From: Trueperaceae bacterium
GTDB lineage: Bacteria; Deinococcota; Deinococci; Deinococcales; Trueperaceae
Direction: 5' to 3'
Length of the DNA stretch: 64,000 nucleotides
NCBI GenBank assembly: GCA_965213925.1
Contig: OZ243927.1
Location: 544,001 to 608,000, forward strand
Made by a program: the position numbers and the translations under genes. A model generated the notes under the pieces. It saw only the letters and a program-made list of their open reading frames with translations, was not told the DNA's origin and did no database searches. This document shows, one piece after another, positions 28,067 through 37,526 of this stretch (positions are counted from its first letter, which is position 1; each line of letters opens with the position of its first letter).

Positions 28067-28845
28067 ACCGACAACACACGCGCCAAACCGGACTAACGCT
28101 CCTAGAGCTTCTCATCGCGGTCGCTATTTTAGGCGTGCTCATGCTCGCCTTTACGCAACTCTTCGGCGGCTCGCTCCGCGCCTCGTCGGATATAGGTGCC
28201 CGCAACGAACTCCTGAGCGAAGGGCAGATCGCGCAGCAGCTCATCGTCTCGAGGATCAAAAGTGCCTCGCACGTCTATCCACCAGGGACGAGCTTCACCA
28301 TGACCAACACGGTGCGGACGCGCAACACGGTACGCGGCACCCAGCGCTGGACCGTGGGAACCGACCCCGTCCTCGCGATGATCGTGCCGCCGGAGGGCTC
28401 GAGTCACCCCGGTATCACCACCTGCAACAACAGCACGCAGGCAAACAAAGACATGTGCTTTATGTTTTACGCTTACTTTCCGGTTCGGCGCGGCGTTTTT
28501 ATAGAAGAGGTCAACCCCAAGTACGCCCCTAACCCGGACCCCGCCAACGACGACGTGTGGCTCTTGATGGAGTACCGCCAACACATCTACGACAAGGTGA
28601 ACCGCCGAGGCAACCGCCTTGCGAGTCCACCGGACGCGGACGCAGCACTCGCCGATTTAGGCGGAAGTACGGCGCAGATTTTGGCGGACTACGTGCAGCC
28701 GGTAGCGGACGCTGAAAGCCGACTCTTCGAGATTCGTCCGGACGGCGCGGTCGAAATCACCTTGCGGATGGGGCGTGAGCAGAGAGGTAAGAGGCTCGAG
28801 CTGCCCCCACTGCGCGTGCGCGCCTACGCGCGTAACGCGCCCTAA
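28063..28845 (+). CDS. PilW-like minor pilin
   Basis: Prepilin motif TG|LTLLELL; C-terminal ARN; ATGA overlap. Confidence 0.85.
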   Translation: MNRQHTRQTGLTLLELLIAVAILGVLMLAFTQLFGGSLRASSDIGARNELLSEGQIAQQLIVSRIKSASHVYPPGTSFTMTNTVRTRNTVRGTQRWTVGTDPVLAMIVPPEGSSHPGITTCNNSTQANKDMCFMFYAYFPVRRGVFIEEVNPKYAPNPDPANDDVWLLMEYRQHIYDKVNRRGNRLASPPDADAALADLGGSTAQILADYVQPVADAESRLFEIRPDGAVEITLRMGREQRGKRLELPPLRVRAYARNAP

Positions 28846-29012
28846 ATTCTTCACAGCGTCGCGCGGCTCTGCCGACTTTTTCACAAACACCCTTCATAAA
28901 ACCTTAAAAAATGCGTCCCTCACCCGCTTGGGGGTGACGAGACAGAGCCTCAACGCTCTACACTTTTCCTACATTGACCCGCCCTCTCACCTGAGCGGGC
29001 GAAAGGAGAAAC

Positions 29013-29459
29013 GTGCACAAGAATAGAGGCTTTACGCTCATCGAACTCCTCGTCGTATTAGGTGTGGCGGGGATCGTGATGGGCATCGCGGCGGTCAACC
29101 TCAGACCGCTCTCCGGCGACTTGCAAGCCGCCGCCAACGAGGTCGCCGGCACCTTCAAGCAGGCGAGGGCGCGGGCGATGGTAACGACCTCGGCGCACCG
29201 CGTCGTGCCGAGCGCCGCAGGCGACAGGCTCATCGTCCAGTTCGCCCCGCGCTGCAACTCACTCAACTGGACGACCAACGACAAGCTCACCCGCACTCTA
29301 CGCGAGAAGGTCACCCTCACTGCCACAAATTGGGATGTCTGCTTCGACGCGCGCGGGCTCGCTGAACTCGGACAGAACTTCGGCTTGAGAGACAAGGATG
29401 GTAAGACCGTCAACATCCGAGTATTCCTCGGGGGAACGGTGGAAATCAACAATGACTAG
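29013..29459 (+). CDS. FimT/PilA1-like minor pilin
   Basis: RG|FTLIELL, ARARAM, VCFDARG; AAGGAG RBS. Confidence 0.88.
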   Translation: MHKNRGFTLIELLVVLGVAGIVMGIAAVNLRPLSGDLQAAANEVAGTFKQARARAMVTTSAHRVVPSAAGDRLIVQFAPRCNSLNWTTNDKLTRTLREKVTLTATNWDVCFDARGLAELGQNFGLRDKDGKTVNIRVFLGGTVEINND

Positions 29460-30126
29460 GCGCAGGAACAACCGCATTAACAAAAGACCTACGGGTCACG
29501 CGGGCTTTAGCATCATCGAGATGCTCGTCGCGCTCGTGATCTTGGGCGTTGCGCTCACGAGCATTTTGCCCGTTTTCATCAACTACGCCAGCGTCAACAG
29601 GAGCACCGAAATTCGCGCCGAAGCGGTCAGCGCCGCCGAGCAGGTGATGGACGGCTTGCGCCAGCGCAACTTCGGTCAGTGGAACGCTTTCGAGGCGCAG
29701 GTCGAGGCGAGCGGCATTCTGGTCGCGACGGGCGAAGCGGACGACACCACAGACGACGGTCGTACCTACGACATCGCGATCGACCGGTGCGACGAAGATT
29801 TAGGTCTCGGTCTTTGCAGCGGCACTCAGCAGCAGCACGTACGCGTCACCGTGCGCTTCAACGGGGAAGAGCAGTACAACGTGACGACGGTCTTTACGAA
29901 CGTGCAGAACAACCAGCAAGCCGGACAGGGCAACCAACAAGGTAATCAACAAACGAATCAACAGGGTAGTCAAGCCGGGCAAAATAACCAAAGCGGTAGC
30001 ACCAGTGGAACTAGTGGTGAGGACAGTAACGCAAAGGGTAAGGACAAGGATAAAGGCAAAGACAAGGGTAAGGATAAAGGCAAGGGTAAGGGCAAGGACA
30101 AAGGCAACAAAAAGGGTAAGAGATAA
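29452..30126 (+). CDS. PilV/PilA2-like minor pilin with Q/N-rich and K/G/D-repeat C-terminal tail
   Basis: AG|FSIIEML prepilin motif; tail QGNQQ...KGKDKDKGKDKGKDKGKGKGKDKGNKKGKR. Confidence 0.85.
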   Translation: MTRRRNNRINKRPTGHAGFSIIEMLVALVILGVALTSILPVFINYASVNRSTEIRAEAVSAAEQVMDGLRQRNFGQWNAFEAQVEASGILVATGEADDTTDDGRTYDIAIDRCDEDLGLGLCSGTQQQHVRVTVRFNGEEQYNVTTVFTNVQNNQQAGQGNQQGNQQTNQQGSQAGQNNQSGSTSGTSGEDSNAKGKDKDKGKDKGKDKGKGKGKDKGNKKGKR

Positions 30127-30746
30127 TGACAGCTCGAGCACACCGCGCAGGAGTGACCATCGTCGAACTGCTGATCACTATAACGATCGGCGTCGTCATC
30201 TTAGGACTCACCTTTACCATCGTCATGGCGAACCGCAACCTCATGACGGTCGACCAGGTCAACACCGAACTCAAACAGAATTTGCGCATCGGCGCGGACA
30301 TCTTAGGCGACGACTTGCGCGTCGCCGGGCAGGGCATCCTCGTTCCTTCGGGCGCTCGAATGCCCCTCACGATTGCGAACAATGTCATCACGATCCGGAA
30401 CGAAGTGCGCGAGGAGGATGGTGGCGTCTTGATTGATGTCGTTTACCTGCGGCGCTACTGGCTCGACAACGACATCCTTTGGTTGCGCGTTTTGAGGTCC
30501 ACAGACGGCGGCGCGAACTTTGTCAATAACAGAGGAGACCAGGGCGTAATCAACAAGGTTTCAACGATGAACGTGCAGGCTGTCTACCAAGGTGGAGCCA
30601 GTCTGCCGACGCTCACCTCGCCGAACAACTGGAACAACCTGAGCGCCGTCCAAGTCCAGCTTATCGGTCAGACCGATGTTCGCGGCGAAACCTATACGAG
30701 AGAACTCACCTCGAGCTTCTTCCCCCGCAACGTCCTCTCCCAGTAG
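30126..30746 (+). CDS. PilW/PilA3-like minor pilin
   Basis: AG|VTIVELL, DDLRVAG, C-terminal FPRN. Confidence 0.85.
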   Translation: MTARAHRAGVTIVELLITITIGVVILGLTFTIVMANRNLMTVDQVNTELKQNLRIGADILGDDLRVAGQGILVPSGARMPLTIANNVITIRNEVREEDGGVLIDVVYLRRYWLDNDILWLRVLRSTDGGANFVNNRGDQGVINKVSTMNVQAVYQGGASLPTLTSPNNWNNLSAVQVQLIGQTDVRGETYTRELTSSFFPRNVLSQ

Positions 30747-30773
30747 TCTTTTTCAGCAACGAAAGGAACAGGT

Positions 30774-32753
30774 ATGAACAGACATCCCTCACGCAAGCGT
30801 CACCAGGGCGGCTTCGCGCTCATCACCGTGATGCTCCTCTTGGCGGTCTTGGCGGTCATGGTCACCGCGTACTTCATGCTCACGCAGATCGAGATGACCA
30901 CCGCCGCCTCCTCGCAAAACAGCACCTCGGGCTTCTACGCAGCCGAGGCGGGGCTCAACATCCGCGGGCAGGAACTGCGCAACACCTTTGTGGGCTTCGA
31001 GCAGCCCGGGGGTTTATCCCCGAGGAACGACCGCAACGAAGAAATTCGGGCGTGTCAAGCCTTTTCGGAGGACGGCGCGGTTGTCGAAAACGAAGGCGAA
31101 GGGCATTTCGCGTGCGCCTTCCACGATAACATCACCGCCACACGCAGCGTCGTCACCTACGTCACCGAACCCGGCGCGACCCCAGGCACGCCGCAGGAGC
31201 CGCAGACGACGCGGCTCACAGCGGGGCTCTTTCAAGGTCTCAACGCGCAGGAGTTCGTCTACGACGTTCACTCGGAGTCTTACCGCGTCGGCGAAGACCT
31301 CCCCGAGGCTAAGCTGCAGACGACCTTCCGCTCCCAAGTCGTCCCGCTCTTCCAGTTCGCCGCTTTTTACGACCAAGACCTGGAAATTGCGCCGGGTGCT
31401 GATATGACGCTGGAAGGCCGCGTCCACAGCAACGGGGACCTCTTCATGACGGGCAACCCGCTCAATATCAACGGCAACGTCACCTCGGCGGGTCGAATTT
31501 ATGGAGGCAGTAAAGTCGGCAGGGGGTGCGATGAAGACTTCGCGGTGTGGGGCGAAAGCATCTCCTGCTCGAACGGTGAGATTGACAATGAAACCCCAGG
31601 CTATACCGAGTCGGAACTCGAGGCGGTCTGGCAAAGCAACGAGGTCAAGCAGGGCGTCAACCAAGTTCAGGTTCCCGAGCCCGAGTTTCTCGACCGCGAC
31701 CCCGAGAACGAGCAAAAAGAGGACTACTGGGAGAAGGCGGACTTGCGCGTCGTCTTGAAAGCTTACAAGGTGGGGACAAGCACGCTTCATCTACCCGAAG
31801 TTCAAGACGTCAAGGGCAATAAGATGACGGGGGCGACGAGCTTGATCCGAGGCGGGTGCGCCAACGAGACTATCGGGACTTCGGACACCTTCTTCAACAA
31901 CCGTGAGGGCAAAGACATCCGTATGCTCGAGGTGGACATGGACGCGCTACTCACATGCATCGACCAGCACTCCGGCGCTACCGAATTCGATATCGACGGC
32001 GGCTTGCGCAACGACAGCAACGGCGGCTTGGTCTTCCACTTCAGCGTCGACGACTCCGCGCTGGGCAACGAGAGCAAAGAGAAAAGTGGCAGCAACAACT
32101 ACGGCGTGCGCGTGAAAAACGGCGCGGTGTTGAACCAAAAGATCGAGGGCTTGACCGTCGCGACCAACCAAGCGATGTACGTCCAGGGCGACTATAACGC
32201 GGACGACAGGAAGAAGAAACCCGCCTCTTTCCTAGCCGACTCGCTCAACATCTTGTCCAACGACTGGAAAGACTTGACGGATAGCGAAGGCAATGAATGC
32301 TCCAGCCGAAGGAAGAACAAGTGTTTCGACGCCGAAGGTCGTAACCTCGCTAAAACCCGCAAAGCCTCGGACACGACGATCAACGCGGCGTTCCTTGCGG
32401 GCGTAGACAAATCGGACGCTGAAAAGAACAAGTATAACGGCGGACTCGAAAACTACCCCCGGATGCACGAGAACTGGTCGGGACGAGACCTCAACCTGCT
32501 CGGCTCGTTCGTGAGCTTGGGCGAACCCAAGCACGTCAAGGGCGGGTGGAAGTACGGCAACCCTCAATACACCGCCCCTAGCCGCAACTGGAACTACGAC
32601 ACGGACTTCAACAACGCGGCAAATCTACCGCCGCTCAGCCCTCGCTTCGTCAACCTCGTGCAGCAGCTTTTCACGCGCAGTTTCGAAAGCGACGACTGGC
32701 AGTTGACGAACCCAGACCTCTCTCAAGAGCAGACAACGCCAAACTCTTACTAA
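30774..32753 (+). CDS. PilX N-terminal domain large pilus-tip protein (ComZ-like)
   Basis: GG|FALITVML, FYAAEAGL, PLFQFAAFY..DLE, GRVHSNGDL, YNGGLENYPR..E.W, R.WNYD. Confidence 0.82.
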   Translation: MNRHPSRKRHQGGFALITVMLLLAVLAVMVTAYFMLTQIEMTTAASSQNSTSGFYAAEAGLNIRGQELRNTFVGFEQPGGLSPRNDRNEEIRACQAFSEDGAVVENEGEGHFACAFHDNITATRSVVTYVTEPGATPGTPQEPQTTRLTAGLFQGLNAQEFVYDVHSESYRVGEDLPEAKLQTTFRSQVVPLFQFAAFYDQDLEIAPGADMTLEGRVHSNGDLFMTGNPLNINGNVTSAGRIYGGSKVGRGCDEDFAVWGESISCSNGEIDNETPGYTESELEAVWQSNEVKQGVNQVQVPEPEFLDRDPENEQKEDYWEKADLRVVLKAYKVGTSTLHLPEVQDVKGNKMTGATSLIRGGCANETIGTSDTFFNNREGKDIRMLEVDMDALLTCIDQHSGATEFDIDGGLRNDSNGGLVFHFSVDDSALGNESKEKSGSNNYGVRVKNGAVLNQKIEGLTVATNQAMYVQGDYNADDRKKKPASFLADSLNILSNDWKDLTDSEGNECSSRRKNKCFDAEGRNLAKTRKASDTTINAAFLAGVDKSDAEKNKYNGGLENYPRMHENWSGRDLNLLGSFVSLGEPKHVKGGWKYGNPQYTAPSRNWNYDTDFNNAANLPPLSPRFVNLVQQLFTRSFESDDWQLTNPDLSQEQTTPNSY

Positions 32754-32775
32754 CGTCATACTCTTGACTAAAACC

Positions 32776-32812
32776 AACGCCGCCCCAGTTGAGGCGGCGT
32801 TATTTCTATTTT
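32776..32812 (+). terminator. Rho-independent terminator
   Basis: AACGCCGCC...GGCGGCGTT followed by ATTTCTATTTT. Confidence 0.7.
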
Positions 32813-32834
32813 GCAGACATCTCGTTCAAACTGC

Positions 32835-34118
32835 CTACGGGTTAAACGCCAATACAATCTGCCCGTCGATAAACATACGCAGCTCCGCCTCGCCGTACAC
32901 CTCGACCGAGTCGTTGATGGCTTCGTCGGCGGGCATCGAGCGGCTGATGACGGTGCGCTCGCCCTCCGCGTCGGTCACGTCTAGGCGGAATTCGTAGGGC
33001 TTGCCGCGCAGAAAGGAACCGTAGATCGCAGGGTCGAAGTTGACGGGGATGGTGCGTCCATCGCCTCGTTGGGGGTTGTTCACGCCCGCGTTCTGGTCTC
33101 CTTCGTTAGCCCTAGCGTCGCCCCCACCGGGATTATTAGGCCTGGACCCGTCAGGTCGAAATGCCCCCGCCGAGCCGTTGACGCGCAGGGCGACGGGCGT
33201 GCCGCGCAGCGTGTGACCGCTCGGATTGACCTCTAAAACGCCCGGAGGTTGGGCAGGGTCATAAGGTTCCTCATTGACCCACACGACGCGCAGCCCGGCG
33301 GAGCGGAGCGCTTGCTCGGCGCGTTCTATGGGCAAGCCTCTCACGTTGGGCACGCGCACCACTCGTCCGCCGCTCAGTGAGTAGTAGAGCGTGACGGGCG
33401 CGCTGACCTGGGCGCGCTGACCTGGGCGCGGGTTCTGCGCGTTGACGCCCGCGCGACCTAAGCGCGTCGGCACCTCCTCGATGCGGCGAAAGCCGAGACC
33501 CTCCAAGCGCCTCCGCGCCTCCTCCACGGGGAGACCGACCAGGTCGGGCAGGTCCACCTCGCGCTCCTCTTGCCCGCGGCTGACGGTGATGTTCACGCCG
33601 CTGCCCGCCCCGAGCAGTTCGCCCGCCTGGGGCGACTGACCGATGATCTGTCCCTCGGGCTCGGGGCTGTACTGGTAAGTGACCTCACCGAGTTGGAGAC
33701 CCCGGTCGGAGAGCTGCGCGGCGATGTCGTTTTGAGTGAGACCGACTAAGCTCGGCGCACGCGTGTCGCCGGGTGGCGCGTGCACGCCCACGCTGACGCT
33801 GCGGCCGCGGCGCACCACCACGCCCGCCGCGGGGTTTTGCGAGGTGACGCTGTCAACGCGCGCCCCCGGCACGTTCTCGGTGTAGGGCGCAGCTTGCAGA
33901 CCGACCTCTCTAAGCGCGGCTCTGGCAGCCTCAAAGTCAGTGCCGATAACCGCAGGTACGCGCACCTCGGCGACCTGGAGGTAACGGCTCCCCAACACGA
34001 CGATAAAGCCTGCCAGCGCCAGCAGCAAAAGGACGAGGAGGATAAGGCGCAACCCTTTGCCGTAGCCCCCTCTATTCGTAGTGTCCGCGCGTCCGTCGCG
34101 GCGTGATCGAGTCAACAC
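32835..34118 (-). CDS. Membrane-anchored multi-PASTA domain protein (no kinase domain)
   Basis: Single TM helix then repeated VP.V.G...A...L...GL / Q.P..G PASTA units; start revised using an upstream TA---T box. Confidence 0.85.
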   Translation of the reverse strand: MLTRSRRDGRADTTNRGGYGKGLRLILLVLLLLALAGFIVVLGSRYLQVAEVRVPAVIGTDFEAARAALREVGLQAAPYTENVPGARVDSVTSQNPAAGVVVRRGRSVSVGVHAPPGDTRAPSLVGLTQNDIAAQLSDRGLQLGEVTYQYSPEPEGQIIGQSPQAGELLGAGSGVNITVSRGQEEREVDLPDLVGLPVEEARRRLEGLGFRRIEEVPTRLGRAGVNAQNPRPGQRAQVSAPVTLYYSLSGGRVVRVPNVRGLPIERAEQALRSAGLRVVWVNEEPYDPAQPPGVLEVNPSGHTLRGTPVALRVNGSAGAFRPDGSRPNNPGGGDARANEGDQNAGVNNPQRGDGRTIPVNFDPAIYGSFLRGKPYEFRLDVTDAEGERTVISRSMPADEAINDSVEVYGEAELRMFIDGQIVLAFNP

Positions 34119-34310
34119 AGAGTGTAGTCTAGCATTCGGAACTTCTCTAAGGTGAAACGTGGCGACGCCGCGCTCACGCTTCGGCTCGGCAGCGCGTTCA
34201 AACCGTTTATAAGGGCGAAAGAGGTCTCCTCCTACGCTTAGAATCCAAGCCAAAGGAGTACGCCCGAACGCGCATTTGCCGCTACGCATTTATTGTTATG
34301 ATGCCCAAAT

Positions 34311-34946
34311 ATGGCATCTCCAACCCTCGTTACGTTAGCCTCGACCCCGCAGCTCGAGTCCGAACTCGCCGCCCTGCAAAGGCTGAGCGACGCCGGTCTC
34401 ACCCTCGCGCCGCTGCGCGTCGTTCCAGCCGAGGTCGAAGAGACCTTCTACCGCACGAACAACTTGCCCACGCAACTGAGCGCCCTCTTTAGCGGGCTCG
34501 ACCTCAGCGACCCCGACGAAGATGATATCGAAGAACTCGCGCCCGAAGCGCAGGACCTGCTCAAGGCACACTTTTTGCTGGACGAAACCATCGACCTCTT
34601 CTATGAAGGGCTATCCTCCTTGCCGAGCCGCGTGCGGGTGCGCCGCCCCGACTCAGCAAACGCCCAAGAACCGGGACGCACCGCCACGCGCGGACGCCCA
34701 GCGCTCATCGCACTCAAAAACACCTGGGTGGACGACTGGTCGTTCGAGTCACTCATGAAACGCTTAGAGAAGAACCACAGCGTCGCGCTGCAGGCGCGTC
34801 CAGTTATCATCAGCGCGAGCGGCTTAGAAAACGCACCCGACCTCAGCGAACGCGCCGCCGAGATTCTAGGGAAGCAAGTCAGCGTGCTGCGTGAACCCGA
34901 CATGGGTATTACAGGTGTGCGCTTTCAAGGCTCGACTAGCGGATAG
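34311..34946 (+). CDS. Hypothetical protein, possibly a degenerate PEP-synthase/PPDK N-terminal-like fold
   Basis: 211-aa ORF with host-like codon usage; TATGAT box 8 nt before ATG. Confidence 0.65.
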   Translation: MASPTLVTLASTPQLESELAALQRLSDAGLTLAPLRVVPAEVEETFYRTNNLPTQLSALFSGLDLSDPDEDDIEELAPEAQDLLKAHFLLDETIDLFYEGLSSLPSRVRVRRPDSANAQEPGRTATRGRPALIALKNTWVDDWSFESLMKRLEKNHSVALQARPVIISASGLENAPDLSERAAEILGKQVSVLREPDMGITGVRFQGSTSG

Positions 34947-35027
34947 GTCCACCGGCTGACCTTCCTTTGTTCTCATGCGTCGGCTAAGCTACGCGCGTTC
35001 GTATCTCTAGGACGCTAAGCTAAACGT

Positions 35028-35918
35028 GTGCCCTGGCTCATTCCCCGCTCTATACCTCCCTCCGCCGACAAGACCCTCGTCCACTTCATCGGCGGGCTCG
35101 CCGAGCAGCTTGACGACCCCGGTTTGGACCGCAACGACGTCGTGCGTGACGTTCTCGCGCAGGTCATGTACGCTAAACCTTACGCGGAGTTAGAGGCGGT
35201 CTCCCCTATCGCCGCGCTCGCATTGGACCCGCGCAACGTCACCTTCGAGGCGGAGCACTACATCGCCACCGACCAGGCGAAGTTCGCCCGCGTCAAACCG
35301 CTTCTGTGGCTCTGGAAGAGCTTGGACGGGACGCCGCTAGGACAGTCGATCGAAAGCGGCGTGCGCATCCGGCAAATGCTGGCTGAGCGCATCTTCGCTC
35401 GAGCGGGTAAAAACTTGAAAATATTCCAAAACGTCGAGGTCTCGGTGGGTTACAACATCGAAGCGGGCGACGACGTGACGATTCACCGCCACGTGTTCAT
35501 CGACGATATCGGCGGGGTTAAGCTCTTCGATAACTCGAGCCTCTCTGACTACGTCAACGTTTACAGCCACACACACAGCATTTTAGACGTGCCCGACGTA
35601 ACGCTCAAAGAAACGGTTATCGGTAAAGGCGTGCGCGTCGCCTACCACGCGACGGTTTTAGCGGGTACGGTTTTGAGCGACGACAGCATGATGGGCGCGT
35701 TCGCGCTCGCCACGCGCGACTTCGAGCCGCACGTGGTAGGTTTGGGCATCCCTGCTAAGCCGCGCGTGTGGAAAGAGCGTGGGGGCGACGCGCGCTTTTC
35801 AGAGCTAGAGGTTGACGCGGCGGCGTATCCGCGTAAGTCTGAGGTAAGAGCGAACCCCGATTATGCTGAGAAAGAAAATACCGATAAAGAGGCTGTATCT
35901 GAAAAAGAATCCGCTTAG
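35028..35918 (+). CDS. Hexapeptide-repeat (left-handed beta-helix) acyltransferase
   Basis: NIEAGDDVTIH, LSDYVNVYSHTH, TVIGKGVRV...ATVLAG, GIPAK; leaderless TAAGCT-N6-GTG. Confidence 0.85.
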   Translation: MPWLIPRSIPPSADKTLVHFIGGLAEQLDDPGLDRNDVVRDVLAQVMYAKPYAELEAVSPIAALALDPRNVTFEAEHYIATDQAKFARVKPLLWLWKSLDGTPLGQSIESGVRIRQMLAERIFARAGKNLKIFQNVEVSVGYNIEAGDDVTIHRHVFIDDIGGVKLFDNSSLSDYVNVYSHTHSILDVPDVTLKETVIGKGVRVAYHATVLAGTVLSDDSMMGAFALATRDFEPHVVGLGIPAKPRVWKERGGDARFSELEVDAAAYPRKSEVRANPDYAEKENTDKEAVSEKESA

Positions 35919-35931
35919 ACGTTCCTCGAGG

Positions 35932-36333
35932 TCAATCTTTGTCGGATAGACGCAGCAGTCCCGCCGAGGTCATTTGAAATCCACAACGGGCGTAGAAACC
36001 CTCCAAGTGTGGCTCGTAATCGACGTGCAGCCAACTTACGCCTCTAGCCTTTGCGACCTCGACCGCTTTCGCAACGAGCGCTGTACCGACGCCGCGCCGC
36101 TGCATCTCGGGGTGAACGGTTGTATTGAGCAAAAAAGCGTGAACGCCGCTGTCCCAAGCGAGATTGACAAAGCCGACGAGTCGCCCTGTTGAGTAGGCGC
36201 AAACGTACGCCAAGCTCTGCTGCAGAATAGGCGAGAAGTTCCGCTCCTCGTGATTGGACCACGACGCTGCAAAGAGCGCGTTGAGCGTACCGTTGGACAC
36301 TTCAGGGCTAACCAGTAGCGCAATATCCTTCAT
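35932..36333 (-). CDS. GNAT family N-acetyltransferase
   Basis: LVGFVNLAWD.GVHAFL..T.VHP.MQRRGVG, FYARCGF. Confidence 0.9.
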   Translation of the reverse strand: MKDIALLVSPEVSNGTLNALFAASWSNHEERNFSPILQQSLAYVCAYSTGRLVGFVNLAWDSGVHAFLLNTTVHPEMQRRGVGTALVAKAVEVAKARGVSWLHVDYEPHLEGFYARCGFQMTSAGLLRLSDKD

Positions 36334-36365
36334 CGTCTGCCCAGTGTAGCGCCCCCAGACCAAAC

Positions 36366-36396
36366 AAAAAGACCGAAGCAGAACTTCGGTCTTTTT
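36366..36396. terminator. Rho-independent terminator after phaC (bidirectional form)
   Basis: AAAAAGACCGAAG-cagaa-CTTCGGTCTTTTT. Confidence 0.8.
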
Positions 36397-36416
36397 ATTT
36401 GCGCGATTGAATAAGT

Positions 36417-37526
36417 TTAGCTACGCTTCTCCAACCACTCGGTGATAAGTGGAGGTAGATTTTTCTGCACTTTACCGCTCACGTACATGCCGATGTGACC
36501 AACGGGGAAGGCGTGCTCCTCGAAGTCGTCCGTGCCGATGTACTCACCCAACACTTGTGATGAGGTCGGTGGAACGAGGTGGTCTTGCTCGGCGTAAACG
36601 TTGAGAACGGGCACCTTCACGTCTTTCAAGTTGACCTTTTTGCCGCCCAGCTCGACCTCGCCTTTAATGAACTTGTTGTCCTGGTAGAAGTCTTTAATGA
36701 ACTGGCGGAACGCCTCGCCTGCCTGGTCGGGCGAGTCGAAAATCCACTTCTCCATGCGGAGGAAGTTCTCCAACTTGTCCTCGTCGTCCATGAGGTTAAT
36801 CATGCCGACGTATTTGCCAAGACCCAGCGAGAAGGGGCGGAGCATCAGGTAGCCGAAATTCATAAAGCTGCCGCCGACGTTGCCCAGCGTGTCCACCATC
36901 AGGTCGACGTCCATCGCCTCTTTACCGAAACCTTCCGCGCCGGACCATTTGTTGAGGAGCCCTTCTTTGGCGTGAAAGTCCACGGGCGTGACCATCGTGA
37001 TGAGGTTTTTGACCTTGTCGGGGTGGAGCGCGGCGTAGCAGAGGCTAAAGGCTCCCCCTTGGCAAATGCCCATGATGTTGATGGCGTCTAGCTCGTGGCG
37101 CTCGCGCACGGCGTCTACGAAGGTGTCCAAGTAGTCGTTGATATAGTCATCCAGCGTGCGGAAGCGGTCGCCGCGACGGGGGTAGCCCCAGTCGATGAGG
37201 TAGACGTCCACGCCGCGCTCCAAGAGGTTGCGCACCAAGGAGCGGTCCGGCTGCAAATCCACCATGTACGGGCGGTTCACCAGCGCGTAGGAGATGAGCA
37301 GCGGGACAGGGTGCGGGTTCTCGACCATCGGCGTGTAGCGGTACAAGGTCATGTTTTCAATGCGCATGACCTCTTCTTTAGGCGTCTCACCTACCTTGAT
37401 GTCTTCTTCGTTCAACTTGCCTAAGTTCTCTAGGCCCTGCAAGAACTTCTTGTTGACCTGCGCGAACTCGCGGGTCATCTCGGCGGGATCGAAAGGGGCG
37501 GGACTATAGGGCGCGGGATCGGGCAT
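36417..37526 (-). CDS. phaC: Class III polyhydroxyalkanoate synthase subunit PhaC
   Basis: YALVNRPYMVDLQ.DRS, lipase box GICQGG, class III box RMEKWIFDSPD, DHLVPP, GHIG; AAGGAGG RBS. Confidence 0.95.
   Translation of the reverse strand: MPDPAPYSPAPFDPAEMTREFAQVNKKFLQGLENLGKLNEEDIKVGETPKEEVMRIENMTLYRYTPMVENPHPVPLLISYALVNRPYMVDLQPDRSLVRNLLERGVDVYLIDWGYPRRGDRFRTLDDYINDYLDTFVDAVRERHELDAINIMGICQGGAFSLCYAALHPDKVKNLITMVTPVDFHAKEGLLNKWSGAEGFGKEAMDVDLMVDTLGNVGGSFMNFGYLMLRPFSLGLGKYVGMINLMDDEDKLENFLRMEKWIFDSPDQAGEAFRQFIKDFYQDNKFIKGEVELGGKKVNLKDVKVPVLNVYAEQDHLVPPTSSQVLGEYIGTDDFEEHAFPVGHIGMYVSGKVQKNLPPLITEWLEKRS

Noticed and set aside
30030..30123. CRISPR array or DNA microsatellite
   Set aside because: The repeats are codon-level within a pilin ORF, with synonymous variation and no spacers or cas genes
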